A stretch of DNA of 64,000 nt from Eremomyces bilateralis CBS 781.70 (lineage: Eukaryota): NCBI GenBank assembly GCA_010015585.1, contig ML975152.1; one strand, written 5' to 3'. The notes beneath the pieces were generated by a model. That model was given only the letters and a program-made list of their open reading frames with translations. It had not been told where the DNA came from and did no database searches. Below, one piece after another: positions 9,956-22,839 of the stretch (its first letter is position 1; every line of letters starts with the position of its first letter). A program made the position numbers and the translations under genes.

Positions 9956-12006
9956 ATGCCGGAAGTTATCATTGATGGTGGCATCCGCAAGAAAGTGGCC
10001 TGTGGCCCTTGCATCCGCGGGCACCGTTCTTCGAAATGTAACCATAGAGATCGATTAATGGTCGAAGTTCGGAAGCCCGGAAGGCCTCTAACCTCCTCAT
10101 GCCCGCATACTGAACCCGGTTGTGATTGTGTGCAATATAAATACACCTATACCATCCCGAAAAGTATGTGCCAAGCATGAGATTTGCCATTTTGTACCAT
10201 TACTAACTAGATGTATCAGACAGCGACTGTCATTGTAATGGAGTTCCAATTGCAATTCCCAACACCGTTGGGAATTCGACAGAGGCATCGGGCCGTGCCC
10301 AAAAACGATTGAGGAAATCTAGCATCACAGGTTCAACGCTTGAACGAGGACTCGTGGCCGACCCGCAACTATTGCAACAGATATCGGTCGATCGCATTTT
10401 AAGCTCTTCAGATTCATCGAGGACTGTTTCCACTACATCTAGTACTGACAGCATACCCCGCCCAACACCCACGACGGACCAGAATGCTGGGACTTCTCAA
10501 TCCAAACCGGAGCCAATCCGCTTCGGCTTTATGGGCATTGGGGCGCCAATGGGCCAGTTCCACAATAGGCAAGATCCGATTGGGTGGGATGCACCTTATC
10601 CAGATTACTACAATCATGAACAATCGGCTCCTAATCGGCAACATCGAGTACCACCGCGAAGAGCCAACAACCTGAACCTCCCATGGGCTGATGAGCATTC
10701 TATGCAGAATATGGAGCCAGCATCAAGAGCAGAGGACCATCGTCATCTGTTGTCAGTCCATGGAATTCCACCCCCCGACCACACAATTCACGAGCATTCT
10801 CAACAACCTTTGCTCCAGAACAATTTCATGCCAATGATGCCTGCTGGCGCACAAGATCGGTTCATGCCTCAGTACGACAATTCCATAGATATGGGAATGG
10901 TGAATCCACCCCCCGAACCTTTCAGCAATGGGTATCCCCGGATGTCCAACGCTACTGGGGTTCCATTGCCAGTTGATGGTGTTTCATCGCCGGTGCAGTA
11001 TCCAGTGACACAGGCAGCGGCGCCGTTCGTCAATGATGGGCATAACTGTAGTTGTGGAAACGGATGCGAGTGTATTGGATGCCCTTCTCACCCTATGAAC
11101 TCGACCACCATGGAATACGTTCGTTATCATACTGGGTTTATGCGGGACCAGGGGGGAGCGTCGAATTTTCCACATCAGCAGGCTCCTCCATTCGACTTCA
11201 CCAACTATGAACGGTTCGTTGCAGATCCTCATTCTACAACAGGACCTCTGTCCCCCACAACTGAGGGGCATGCGATCATGGGCCCGCCGTCGGCTCCAAC
11301 TTCGCATTCCTACTCCCAATGGCAGACCCCCTTCACGCCAACCCTTGAACTGGAAAACTTCCATCTTCAGTCTCCATTTGTCGATCAGACTCCCATTAGT
11401 CCTCATGCAACCGAGTCCACCATTGCTAGGAACTTGTCTCCGGAGCTTGCCGTTCTTCCCAGATCGACTCATCCAAAACCCCAAATTCACCACGCATCTT
11501 TCACACAACCAGATCCATCCTTTACTCAATCCTTCCAATCGGCACACAATAGCATTGGTCCACCAGTCCAACAAGACGATGCAACCCGCTCTTCGACAGC
11601 GACTATACCCCGTCCGACATCCAACCCCGCCGATGAAGAACCCGACTTCATCTCGACCAGCACTCTATCCCCATCCGACTTTATAGTCGCAGAGTACCCT
11701 ATGCCATGCTGTGGTGATGCGCCCGGCATGTGCCAGTGTGGAGATCGCTGCGGCTGCCCTGGGTGTCTGACGCATAATGAGAAAGCTAGAAACCGAGCCG
11801 AAGGGACGCTTGATGTCGAGAGCTTGGAAAGAGCCGTGGCGTCCGGAAGCTGTTGCGGAGGAAGAGAACCTGAACCAGCGCTGGATACGAATGGGGGCGT
11901 CCGCGGTCTGAAAGTTGAAGGAGTTGGTACTCCCTTTAGTACGCAGCACGAGAATGGTGTGAAATTCGAGAAGGCGGACGAGGTTCGTCGTGGGTGTTGC
12001 TGTTGA
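9956..12006 (+). CDS. Copper-fist transcription factor, Mac1/GRISEA/Cuf1 type, 2 exons
   Basis: N-terminal ACGPCIRGHRSSKCNHRDRLMVEVRKPGRPL. Intron 10164-10219 joins it to the 565-aa ORF. Two CxCx3CxCx2Cx2H motifs (CSCGNGCECIGCPSH, CQCGDRCGCPGCLTH). Confidence 0.92.
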
Positions 12007-13776
12007 GCGATTGCCGATCCGGAAATGCAACAAGGTTGCGTGATCTTTCTTTTCTCGGCCTTTCTCATGCCATTTTTTTCTAAGGGGCGCATCTAACGGC
12101 ATGGTTTACGATATTATGACAGGGGTGGCATTTAGAAGGATATCAAAGATGGTAGGACACGGATATTGTAGCTTCGATTGCTTGTCTGCACGCGATATGG
12201 AGTTCGATTGATGGTATTATTTATACCCAATTGGTATTTTCGTCGCTCATCGCAAAGTGCGTCATACGGTGGGCTTGTCGATGCTTACGAAAATACTTCG
12301 TATGAATCCAGAATATGAACCATAGCTCATTCGCCCCTTTACGTAGTATAAGCTTGCTCTAAACCAGCGTATGAATCACGGCTGTTCGTTGATTGGTTCA
12401 TGCTTGCTGTCTTCGTCAGCTGGGCACATCGTTGGTACCTACCAAGGGGAGACCATCGCTGTAACCATTAGCCTATTGTTAGTTTGGTCCATCTATAAAG
12501 CACTGGAGATACCTGTCTGTGTATAGGGAAGTGAACATTCCAAGCACCGGGATCGTACATGATTCGACAGGATCTGAATACCCGTTCACAGGATCGACGC
12601 CGATCCTGCCACGACAGACGAGCCATGGGATCATAACGGAATTCCAAGTGCATAGAAGGAATCTGTAAGGGATAATATTTCTTAGTGAAAATATCAAGGA
12701 TGATATTGTTGAATCGGGATCTCTCCCCCCAAATTGAATAATTCCAAATCCCAGTGCCGGTTAAGATCGGATGGATTGGCCTTTGGCAATAAATGGTCGG
12801 ACTGGCACGTCTCCTCAGTGGATTCAGTGGCCATCAGTGTTCTTGTCACTAGAGACCGATCTACTTTCTTTCAAGGCTCTATAATTCTGACGCTTCATCC
12901 GCCCACAAATAACCTCAAAGTTTACCCAGTCTATCCCTATGCAAAAATGCTTGCCGAGCGACTTAGTCCCACACAAAGCCCACGCAACGGAACTTCCTTT
13001 GTATCAAGTCTCTCTATTCCTCCTTACGGATCATCCCAACACCTTTGGCCTACGAATCATCAGTGCCAATCACACCGACATCATGTGCGGAATTATTAGA
13101 TTTCCGAACTACTGTCAAGATGGTTCTGAGACCCAGCTAGCAGCGAGTACTCTCTTGGCGAGCTCCAGAAGTACCTCCCGATCGGAAAAGTCATCTACTC
13201 CTTCGTGACCGATGAGACCTAAGTCCGACTCAGTCAGTTATGCTGGAGCCAGGATCAGGAACTGTTCAACTTTCTTGACTTCGACACTAGGTTGAAGGGA
13301 TATGTGCCGGGTGGCGAGGAATTCGCCAAAGCTTTTGGTTGGGTGCTTTCAGTTAATGCGATGGTGTTCAAGGCAATAACTAAATGATTTCTCTGAATAT
13401 GCTTACACTATCCGCGGAGAGCTTGCTGTATTATCCATAGTCTGCACGTTGGTCTTTGTGAGGAATTTCAGAAATTGATGGCCCTGGCGCATACCTCCGG
13501 GGCGGTCAAAACTTCAAACGCTACCGTATTTATTAGAATTTGCCAAAAGATAAAAAAGATGGATTGCCAGTTCGTACTTCATTAATTAGGTCCGATGAGC
13601 CAATACAATGCTCCGTTTACGTAGGTTGGGAGGTAGTGTCTAAGACGAAATGCGTCCCAATTAATGCGCAGCAATGCCGATACTCGCCGATAGCCATATA
13701 TTTTCTGAGTTAAATCTCCTCACCCAATTAATGTGCAGTGCTGCTGCTACTAGCCGACAACTACATGATTTCTGTC

Positions 13777-14618
13777 TTAAATCTCCTCTCCATCAGCATG
13801 CAGCTCGTCGTAGATCTCAGCGACGAGCTCGCTGTCCTCAGTAAGATCACGCCTGGCTGGTCTCTGAGCACTTTGGGCCATTTGTATCGGGACACAACCT
13901 CCGAATGGACCAGCCCTAGCTGGATTTTCACATCGTACCATGCAGACGTTCTCTTGGCCTGCAACTGTACCAGTACAGGTCTGGTCAGCCGGAATCGCGG
14001 CGGTGAGAGGCTGTTAACATCTATCAGCTAATCGTCATGCATCGGCAATAATTTACCTACAAAATCCGTAGTCTCGCCCTGACGATTCCTGCCCCTCTCG
14101 CCTGGGACGTTTTCAGTGACCTCGATCGGAGTCCACTGGGTCCCAGTTCCATCGGCAGAGATCATACAATTATACGGCCCCGCACCATCACCATTGACTT
14201 GGTGGACGGTCATCTGGACGGAGCCACCTAGAGACAGTAAGTATCTGGTAATATTGGCGTAGTCGGTATTAAATTTACCTGGGGTGATCTGTGGTAGGGT
14301 ATCGCCATTCTGTTCCATTACAGTCTGGACACCAGTTTCGATCTCATTGTTCCCAGCCCCAAGGGTCTCTCCACACGTGTCAGCCGCGTCGCCCCTAAAA
14401 CGAGTGGAATCCTGCTGGAACGGCCTGCGGCGAGTGCCATCCCGCGGTGTGGTGGGATCAACTAGAAATGTGAGTGATGCACAAGGTAGACACTTGGAAT
14501 ACGTACTGCCAATGGCGGACCCAGCGCCTCCGGCATCACCAGTCGCCTCAGTGATAGCACCGTGACTAGCAACGAGTCTGACGGCCAGCAGGACGAGAAC
14601 AATGGACTTGTACATCAT
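13777..14618 (-). CDS. Egh16/GAS1(MAS)-like secreted protein (DUF3129), 4 exons
   Basis: Signal peptide then [49 protein letters not shown]. Introns 14462-14506, 14228-14278 and 14011-14060. Confidence 0.92.
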
Positions 14619-15537
14619 GAATCCTGAACCTGCAGGAAAAGTCAAATATAAGATGAAAGTAGAAATAAAAGTTGTTGTACAAGAATAGAAAAGAACGAAA
14701 ATGCTAGAGTTGACTGGTTACCAGTGATATTGGACATAATTCAACTTTATACTTGCGCCGAGGACTGGTGATAGACTGCGCACGCATAAGCTTGTTCCAG
14801 CCATGTTACAACAACAAAACATTTCGGCCCTCGCAAGGGCAAAACGCTTCACGAACTAGTACATCCGAGGTTCGTCAAAAGCGCAACTAACATTTCACCA
14901 TGATTGTCTGAACTTCGAGTGTGCGGGAAGATAAAACACTGTTCTTGTGTTTCTTATTGGGGTCGAAATGCGAGCATCAAGTGTGGAGAAAAATCGAAGC
15001 TCAGGGGTTCCGACAGGGGTAAACACCTGACATTCTGACAATGCAAAATCCATCCCGGGCCATCTCAAACGACCATCACGCTTGAAGTCGAAACCATCAA
15101 ACTAACCTACTTGCTTTATCTTGATGTTTTACTTCGGCCGGGCCGGTCGGAACAAATCTCAGATCTGCATACATTATCTACCGCGGTGAAACCTTCAGCC
15201 GGAGTGTATCAGGAATTTGTCCAAACGCTTTTCCCAAACCCTTCTGATACTTGCCTACAAATCGTGGATTCCAATTCACCTGCCATTCACTTAAGCATAC
15301 CATTAGGCTTATATTCGTGACTAGAATTAAAACTGTAAATGTTAGTCTTGGCTGATAGCACTGACAGATCAGCTTTGTAGCCCTCAGGGCCTCGAAAGCT
15401 TTTGCCCATTCCATATTTTAAAATTCAATTCTTCTAGCTCAGCAGGGTCGGGAGCGTACGTCAAGGTAACTGCGCCATCAACTTCATCCTCCCCAAATGG
15501 TCGGCACTATTATCATGTCCACCCGTTTATGCCAACC

Positions 15538-17349
15538 CTACCCACCCCCGTCAGCCATCCCCAGCGTTGCTAATAGCTTCCTGGCCACGTTCTCGCCAGC
15601 TAGATAGGCACCTGCAACGGTACCGACGGCAATAATTGGTGCCGTGTGTTCCCCGGCAAGCCACACACCTCGTCTCGCCATGACCTCCGCCCCGCCATCC
15701 TCCTCACCGTCGTGAGGATCGTCTTCTGTACGGAGCTCACCTCGTAGAAGAAGCAGCTTTTCCTCTCCCTTGAATAGCTCGACGGGGAAGTTCGTGTAAC
15801 TGCCGTAACCACTGAGCGGGTCTGCGGTCCAGAGCGTGGCAAGCGTGGCGAGCGGTTGGCAGGACGGGCTGGAGGGGTCGTAGTTGGGGAGTTTGGAGAT
15901 GTACGGGCGAAGGAACTCGAACAGTCTGGAGTCGACCTGGTCAGATGATGCGTCACGCTCCGTGGTCGGATAGTTGGAGCGGAGCAGATGTGCGATATAG
16001 CGCGAACACGGTCCGTGGATGTAGAAGAGAAGAGTTGGGTGTGAGCAATGATTTGGAAGGTTGGCAAGGTTAATTGCTTCTTGTGACCATTTCCCGGGGT
16101 TCGTATCGCGAGCATAGGATGGGGAGGTCCATGATAGGATTGTAGGGAGTTCAGGTGCAGTATCAGTCATTGGCCGTGTTAGTAGTTCTGTTCTAGTCAC
16201 TGATGAAGTAGATGCTGAAGACGTCGGTGTATCGGAAGATGAGCCTTCGCCCTCGCCCGTTGAGGTCCTACAGCACGGTGGTCCGTTCCAAAATGCTTCC
16301 GGGAACGTGATATAAATCTAAAATTTCTCGTAAGTATCGGGATAGTTATGGATTTTCAATATATCTACCTTGTCTAGGCATCCATACCCCAAGGAATCGA
16401 TGGCCTGCTCCAACTTCTTCGGGAGAGCAGGTGAGAAACAACGCTTGTTATGTTTCAGCCATCCGAGGGGGCACGTTACGATAACATCGTCAAACTCTTC
16501 CTCTTCTTGGTCCGCAGTCAAGACGATGACTTGGTCGCTCTCGTCGTTTCTTGGTGTGTAAATTCGAACAACATCTTTTCCAAATAGAATGATGCCGTTA
16601 TCGTTCGCAGGTTTTGCGATCTCTTGAAGAACGTCCTCATATGTTCCAGCCACAAAAAGATTATCCCCGTCGAGGTTTTCTTCCATCCAGAAGTATCTTA
16701 GGCTTTGGCAACTGATGGGCTCCCCAATAATATTGCCCCAGCTTGTTGCGAGTCCAGTGACAATGGCAGTCTTTGCTTTAACAGCCGCTTCGTCATAGCC
16801 TTCATGACGGAACTGTTCTAGACTCCTGAGCGTTATCCAGTCCATCAAGCTCATATCGAGTGGAATCAAAATGCCTTGACTTGAATTTTGTCTTGAATAT
16901 TTGGACGCAGCGTCCAGGGTCTCTGACAAGAAGTTCCAATAGTACTCAACGTCTTCTTTAGACATCCTTTTTCCGTCCGGTTGCCAAATGGCTTGCTCTT
17001 CGCCGACATCATAAACCGCCGTACTCGTTTTGCTGATGAGCTGCATGATCGGATTGTCTTTTATCCCGTGGATCCAGTTCGGGCCAAGGTCGACTGTATG
17101 CCCCCTAAGAGATGCTTGCGCCAGTCGGCCTCCAATGCGATTCCGGGCTTCATAAATGGTGACATCGACTCCAGAAGCCAATAGCACATCAGCACAACGT
17201 AATCCAGAAACTCCGGCGCCTACGATCAACACCCTTGGTTTCCGGGCTGGATCCCTTGCGTGGCCTGTTAGGCGTTGCCGTTCATTGATGGATTGCGCTG
17301 AACCGGCATAATTCCGACTGGATAAAAGGTCCTGGTGCAATTTGTCCAT
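15538..17349 (-). CDS. Flavin-containing amine oxidase (polyamine oxidase-like), 2 exons
   Basis: IVGAGVSGL and EARNRIGGR FAD motifs, DLGPNWIHG, VIVTCPLGWLK, WTADPLSGYGSY, LAGEHT..GTVAGAYLAGE. Intron 16318-16368 gives DK|IYITFP. Confidence 0.92.
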
Positions 17350-18415
17350 TTTTCTTGATGTCCGCAAAAATTCGATCGAGGGTTGGCAATATATATAATA
17401 GGACTCGAGATGAGTAGGACTAAGGATATGACTTCGAGCAAGAAACTCAAAAGAACAGTCATCCCGTCACAGAAATGACTCTACGATTGAAGGCTGCGTA
17501 TTCCATCCTGCGGGGTGGATTTAACATCGCTGACTAGAAATGGAAAATAGAATGTCTTGATTCGGGTGCTCAACGATAGGAAAGAAGTTCCCAGCGAAAT
17601 GAATGTGAAAATAGCATCTATGGTGGTACGGTCTATTGATTGGTACAGGATGGTATTTTCAAGGAGATCCGGACTGGAAACGGAAATTGGAATGAGGCAA
17701 CTTGAACAATCCATTACTGATGGGATTGTGGATTGCAGTTGGTTGGTGAAGACCACCGGCCGGAAGAACTGAAGCCACCTGATAGTGGGTTTCCGTGTGT
17801 AACTACCTGAAGTCCTGAACCCTTAAATTCGCCCCGAAACGTCGATCTAGACCGCTCTGTTGGCCTGGCGTGTAAACAAACCCTTGTGAGTCTGCATATC
17901 ACCAAGGAAAGAAACAATTGATATGATATTGCCTACACCGTAGTAAAATCCAGCCATGTCCAGAGATAGATACAGCCTGCAGTTTTGAGTCCACGCAATC
18001 GTTCCTATTGCATCATTACCTTAACAATCAGTCTGAGTGCAAGTGGATATCGGGCCATGAGGATTTACCAAGGTTCTAAAATGACTGGGATACATTAAGT
18101 ATTAAGGTACGTTTCTTCATAATGCGTTTCTCAGTTACACCAATCCGCTCACCAGCCACCAGTGAGTCCAACTTTCACCTTTGAGCATACGATTCAACAA
18201 AGGATGTGCGCATTCAAACACCCAAGACACCAAGGGGGGACAGTGAGCGGATCAAGATTATCCCTGACGCTGTCCTGGGCATTGACGGGCCTTGTCTCCT
18301 CCTGAGAGTGTCTTGCACTCATCCCTCGACATATCAGTGAATGGTTCCTCGCAGGAGAGCAGATGCAATTGAACAACGTCGCCTAGTATCACCTACAAAA
18401 CCGCTTGTCTGGCAT

Positions 18416-18958
18416 CTAGGACTTCTTTGATTCTTGGTTTAGCATTGATGCCGTTGCGCCATATGCATCGCCGGTGAGATACCAGGCTAGTCGGTGGCAC
18501 GCTCGAATTGTCCAGGTGGGGAGGTAATAGAGCAGCATGAGGACGGCGAGGATGAATCCGAGAAACAGGGTGTAGAAAGCAACCCTCTCCAATGGTTCCA
18601 TGACATAGAGGCCGAATGTCACCTCGAATCGGTAGTGCAGTAGGTACACCTTGTCGCTTGTCCGTTCCAATAGCGTTAGAAGCCTGGACTGTGACTTGGC
18701 CGGCGGCGGTGGAAACGAAGGTGGACTGGTAAACGACAGCGGCCGGCTCGGTTTCAAGAACTTGGCTGAGCAGGTCAGCTGAGCGAAGCTGTCGGCATTA
18801 CCGAACGATTCTATAACGACCGATGGCTTTTCGGTAGGATCTGAAGGCGAATCAACCTTGATGGTACCGAGGTTCGAGGAGCCTTTCCACGGAGAGGGCT
18901 TCTCTGAAACTTCGGGGGTGGGCGCAGCGAGAGTCAACCGTTCCTGCACCTGCTTCAT
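18416..18958 (-). CDS. Serine palmitoyltransferase small-subunit-like protein (DUF3317) with a long N-terminal extension
   Basis: LHYRFEVTFGLYVMEPLER followed by a TM helix and YYLP..RLAWY. The first ATG is at 18958. Confidence 0.75.
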   Translation of the reverse strand: MKQVQERLTLAAPTPEVSEKPSPWKGSSNLGTIKVDSPSDPTEKPSVVIESFGNADSFAQLTCSAKFLKPSRPLSFTSPPSFPPPPAKSQSRLLTLLERTSDKVYLLHYRFEVTFGLYVMEPLERVAFYTLFLGFILAVLMLLYYLPTWTIRACHRLAWYLTGDAYGATASMLNQESKKS

Positions 18959-20508
18959 GAATGAGCTCGAACGAGGGAGCTGCCCGAACTGAAACCAGAC
19001 GAGATGTTCCACGTTTCAATATGTCAGAGGTGAACGTTCCGCTCTATTCGCATCAAGGGAGGTGTATACGCCAAATGTAGAGCTGTAGGGTGCGCAGGGA
19101 TGTTGCTGAGAATATCTGGAGCTTAGGTTGGTATGGCTGAGGTAGTATAATAGCGACGATCAAATGAGGAAATGGAACAAGTAATATGATTGAAATGCGA
19201 GCTGAATGAGATTGAGGGTGCGCGTGTAAAAGAACGTAGCTGATGTCCATGTAAATGTATTTTAGAGAGGATGAGAAGAGGAACACCGCGGAAATGAGAG
19301 TATTATCGAACAACGTAACCGGAAGCCGTTTCCATCGAGGTTTGATAGTTCCTGCGTCATAGCTGATGGCTAGGGGAGCCGTGACTTTGTCTCCACAAAC
19401 ACGAAGAAGGGAAGGCAGCGGCCAGAGAGAACCATCTGATGTCCTGACCTTGGGTTCTTGACCCATGAATGGTTGGAATGATGCAATGCACAACATATGT
19501 GCGATTTGCCTATCCTTGTGATGGCCACGATATGCACAACATCGTGTCAGTGCTAACTGATGCAAAATAAATTTCTTGAATCTGATGACATCCAAGCGGA
19601 TCCCAGTTAGTAATTAGTTAGCGCGGTGTCCAGACAGTCTTTCAATCGCTGCTCCTTTTGAATAGTCCTGGGACGCTTCGTTGTATGCTTGGTTGCCGCA
19701 ATCCGCTTGATTGGATTATGGACATCGCCAATTGGTTGGACCTAACTAATCTTCTTCGAGAAACTGATCATAGCCACGAAGGTCGGGATTTGTAAGCTTT
19801 GGGTGCAGGAGAAGAGGCTCCAACGGATTAGTTGAGGATTAGTAGTTGTCCTGTGACTGTTTTCGCTTACCACTTGAGGCTCCAGGTGTGTGTTTTGGTT
19901 CTCAGTTCTGACGAAGCTGTCTCGTGCATGGAACTCCCACAGCACGGCCACCATGAGACACAGACAAAACGGGATTCTGCTGCGGCATGCATTGACGAGC
20001 GATGCGACGTGTATGGGGGATGTACTTGTTTCTCGCGCCTCCCTTCACTGGTCTTACTGGGATTCTAGCGTGCTGGACTACCGATGGCCAGACCAGAATA
20101 GAGATGATTCCAATAGGACTAAGAGCGAAATGGACCTGGCTTTCCCATTGCGGTTGTGCTCAGGGTTTGAAGAGAGGAGTGAAGGACGAGAGTCACCCCC
20201 GTCTCGAGCCTACGGAAGTAGGGCTATGAGTAGGACTATCATGGAAGATCTGGTGTAATTATGTGGTGCTGTGGTGGTGCAGGTCTGGTGCTGGTGCAGG
20301 TGGTGGTGTGGTGGAGCAAATAAGGAGTCAAGGCCACAAGGCTGAAAATTACCAATACAGGAATAGCTCGCTGTATCCGAGATGCCCACTGTCCCACAAC
20401 TCTATTAGCGAATTTATCTCCACGCACCTTCGACCTTTCCAATTCTTCAACCTTCACATCAACCAAAGGTCATCAAAGGAAGCTCATCAGCTCCATCGAA
20501 CCGTCACC

Positions 20509-21640
20509 ATGCCTGTGGTAAGTGATTGACATTATTACCTCCATATCATTGCCCATCATGGGATGATCACACCGACCTCGTTGGCCTTCGTGCCTCGAAT
20601 TGGGTGTGACCGTGGGAGAGTCCCTGCACGATGCTTCGAAATTTGGATTTTGAAGCGATTGAAGTGCTGACTCCTGGATTTGAAATAGACCAAGACGGTT
20701 AAGAACAGCGCGTACTACTCGTGAGTCTCCAAGGTTTCCTTCATCGACGTTTGCGGAACTGATTATCATCAGGCGGTACCAAGTCAAGTACAAGCGCCGC
20801 CGACAGGGCAAGACCGATTACTACGCCCGCAAGCGACTCGTCACCCAGGCGAAGAACAAGTACAATGCTCCTAAGTACCGACTGGTCGTCCGCTTCACCA
20901 ACCGCGACATCATCTGCCAAATCGTCTCCAGCGAACTCGATGGCGACAAGGTGTTCATGGCCGCGTACTCCCACGAGCTGAAGCGCTACGGAATCGAGCA
21001 CGGCCTCACTAACTGGGCTGCCGCCTACTCGACCGGATTGTTGCTCGCTCGCCGTACGCTCAAGAAGCTCGGTCTGGATGAGGACTTCGCCGGTGTCGAA
21101 GAGGCTGATGGCGAGTACACTCTCACCGAGGCCGCCGAAGGCGAAGATGGCGAGTCCCGCCGTCCGTTCAAGTGCTTCCTCGACGTCGGTCTTGCACGAA
21201 CCTCCACTGGTGCCCGTATCTTCGGCGCCATGAAGGGTGCGTCCGACGGTGGACTCTACATTCCCCACTCCGAGAACCGCTTCCCAGGCTTCGACATCGA
21301 GGCCAAGGAGCTCGATGCCGAGACCCTCCGCAAGTACATCTTCGGTGGCCACATCGCGGAGTACATGGAGACGCTCGCCGACGACGACGAGGAGCGCTAC
21401 AAGTCGCAGTTCCAGAAGTACATCGACGATGACGTCGAGGCGGATGGATTGGAGGATATGTACACGGATGCGCACAAGGAGATCCGTGAGGATCCGAACC
21501 GGAAGGACGACGAGGAGGGAGAGAAGAAGTCTAAGGACTTCTGGAAGGCCGAGAGCAAGAAGTACAAGGACAAGAGGCTGACCCACGCGCAACGCAAGGA
21601 GCGCGTCAAGGCCAAGATCGAGTCGATCAGGAACGCTTAG
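20509..21640 (+). CDS. RPL5: 60S ribosomal protein L5 (uL18), 3 exons
   Basis: [50 protein letters not shown]. Introns 20518-20688 and 20721-20772; strong codon bias. Confidence 0.98.
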
Positions 21641-22839
21641 GCGGTCAACTCTTGGTTCTCTGGTGGATGCATGATGGGAGTTGCAATGACGTTCAGCTAG
21701 TCATGGCGTGGAAAAGGCCGGCATCGATATCCTTTCAAAAGAGCTGTGGCTCATGTGGTACATCAGACTACTGCGCAATTCAGACACTTTGTCCAACCAC
21801 ATTTCATCGGCGTAACATGCGTGGCATCGGGGGTTTAATGACAGGCTTATAACGAATTCACCGTACCAACATAACGGACGAACTGTGACTTGATTCATCC
21901 ACGATCGTCCACTGAATGTAGGAGTAAGCTACGAAAGTCAAAATCATTATATGAATTGATTCCTGTTGCCCCAAACGATGCTTATGCTTAGTCTACGAAG
22001 TTATCCGATTACTGGGGCCTAGGTACATGGTATGATTTAACCTCCCGGAAAACCAGTCAACGCCAAGGTGAGACTACGAATGGAAGCGAGCTAACTTAAT
22101 AACGGCATTGTTCACAGTCCGTGCGTGAGCTGGAGGCTTTGTCAGATTCTAGACTGCATGTCCGACGCACTACTAATGTGTGGATGCTATAGGATATGGG
22201 CATCGCTAATAATTCTTAGATAGAAATAAACCTAAGGATCATGTGTCGAGTCAATCGGACGGCCTTTCAGAGATTCTCCGAGGACTTCGGGGCAGCTATA
22301 ACGAGGCTCGGCTCCTATCTCGTAATAAGGCCGCGGATCTTTGATGGCAGGACGAGTTCGGCGGTGGTACGACATGGCGGAGGCGGGCTGGGGGCGATAG
22401 TCGGTCACTTGAGCGGCACAAAGTCGTTAATATAAATTCTCATTGATTTGAGGCTTAATAATACTTACCTGTGTCAGCACCGAACCTATCCAAATTCACG
22501 ATAGAACTCTAGGATTGTGGGATTTACGGCTGCGATGGGTCAGACAACCCGTCCAACCAATCTTGAGCCAGACCACCAACTCCACTAGCCACTTCATCAC
22601 GCTAAGAACTACAAGCCTCCCAACGCTACCGCATCACGATATACTGCATACACCCTCACAGGCCTCACTCCACCCTCCCTCCCTCACCCACCTCTTTAAC
22701 CTCTCTCCGCTGCCAGAAACAGTCTCCCAGAAACAATCTCCGATATTCAATCCATTCCATCTTGTTCGATTCATTCATGTAGTCCTCACCACCCCTCCCC
22801 TTTTCTCGTCGCATATCATATGCTTGTCCTGATGATGCG

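Noticed and set aside
17480..18400. Short ORFs in the intergenic region
   Set aside because: No consistent frame, splice pattern or motif.
20741..21592. 283-aa antisense ORF over RPL5
   Set aside because: Expected by-product of strong codon bias in a highly expressed gene; no independent motifs.
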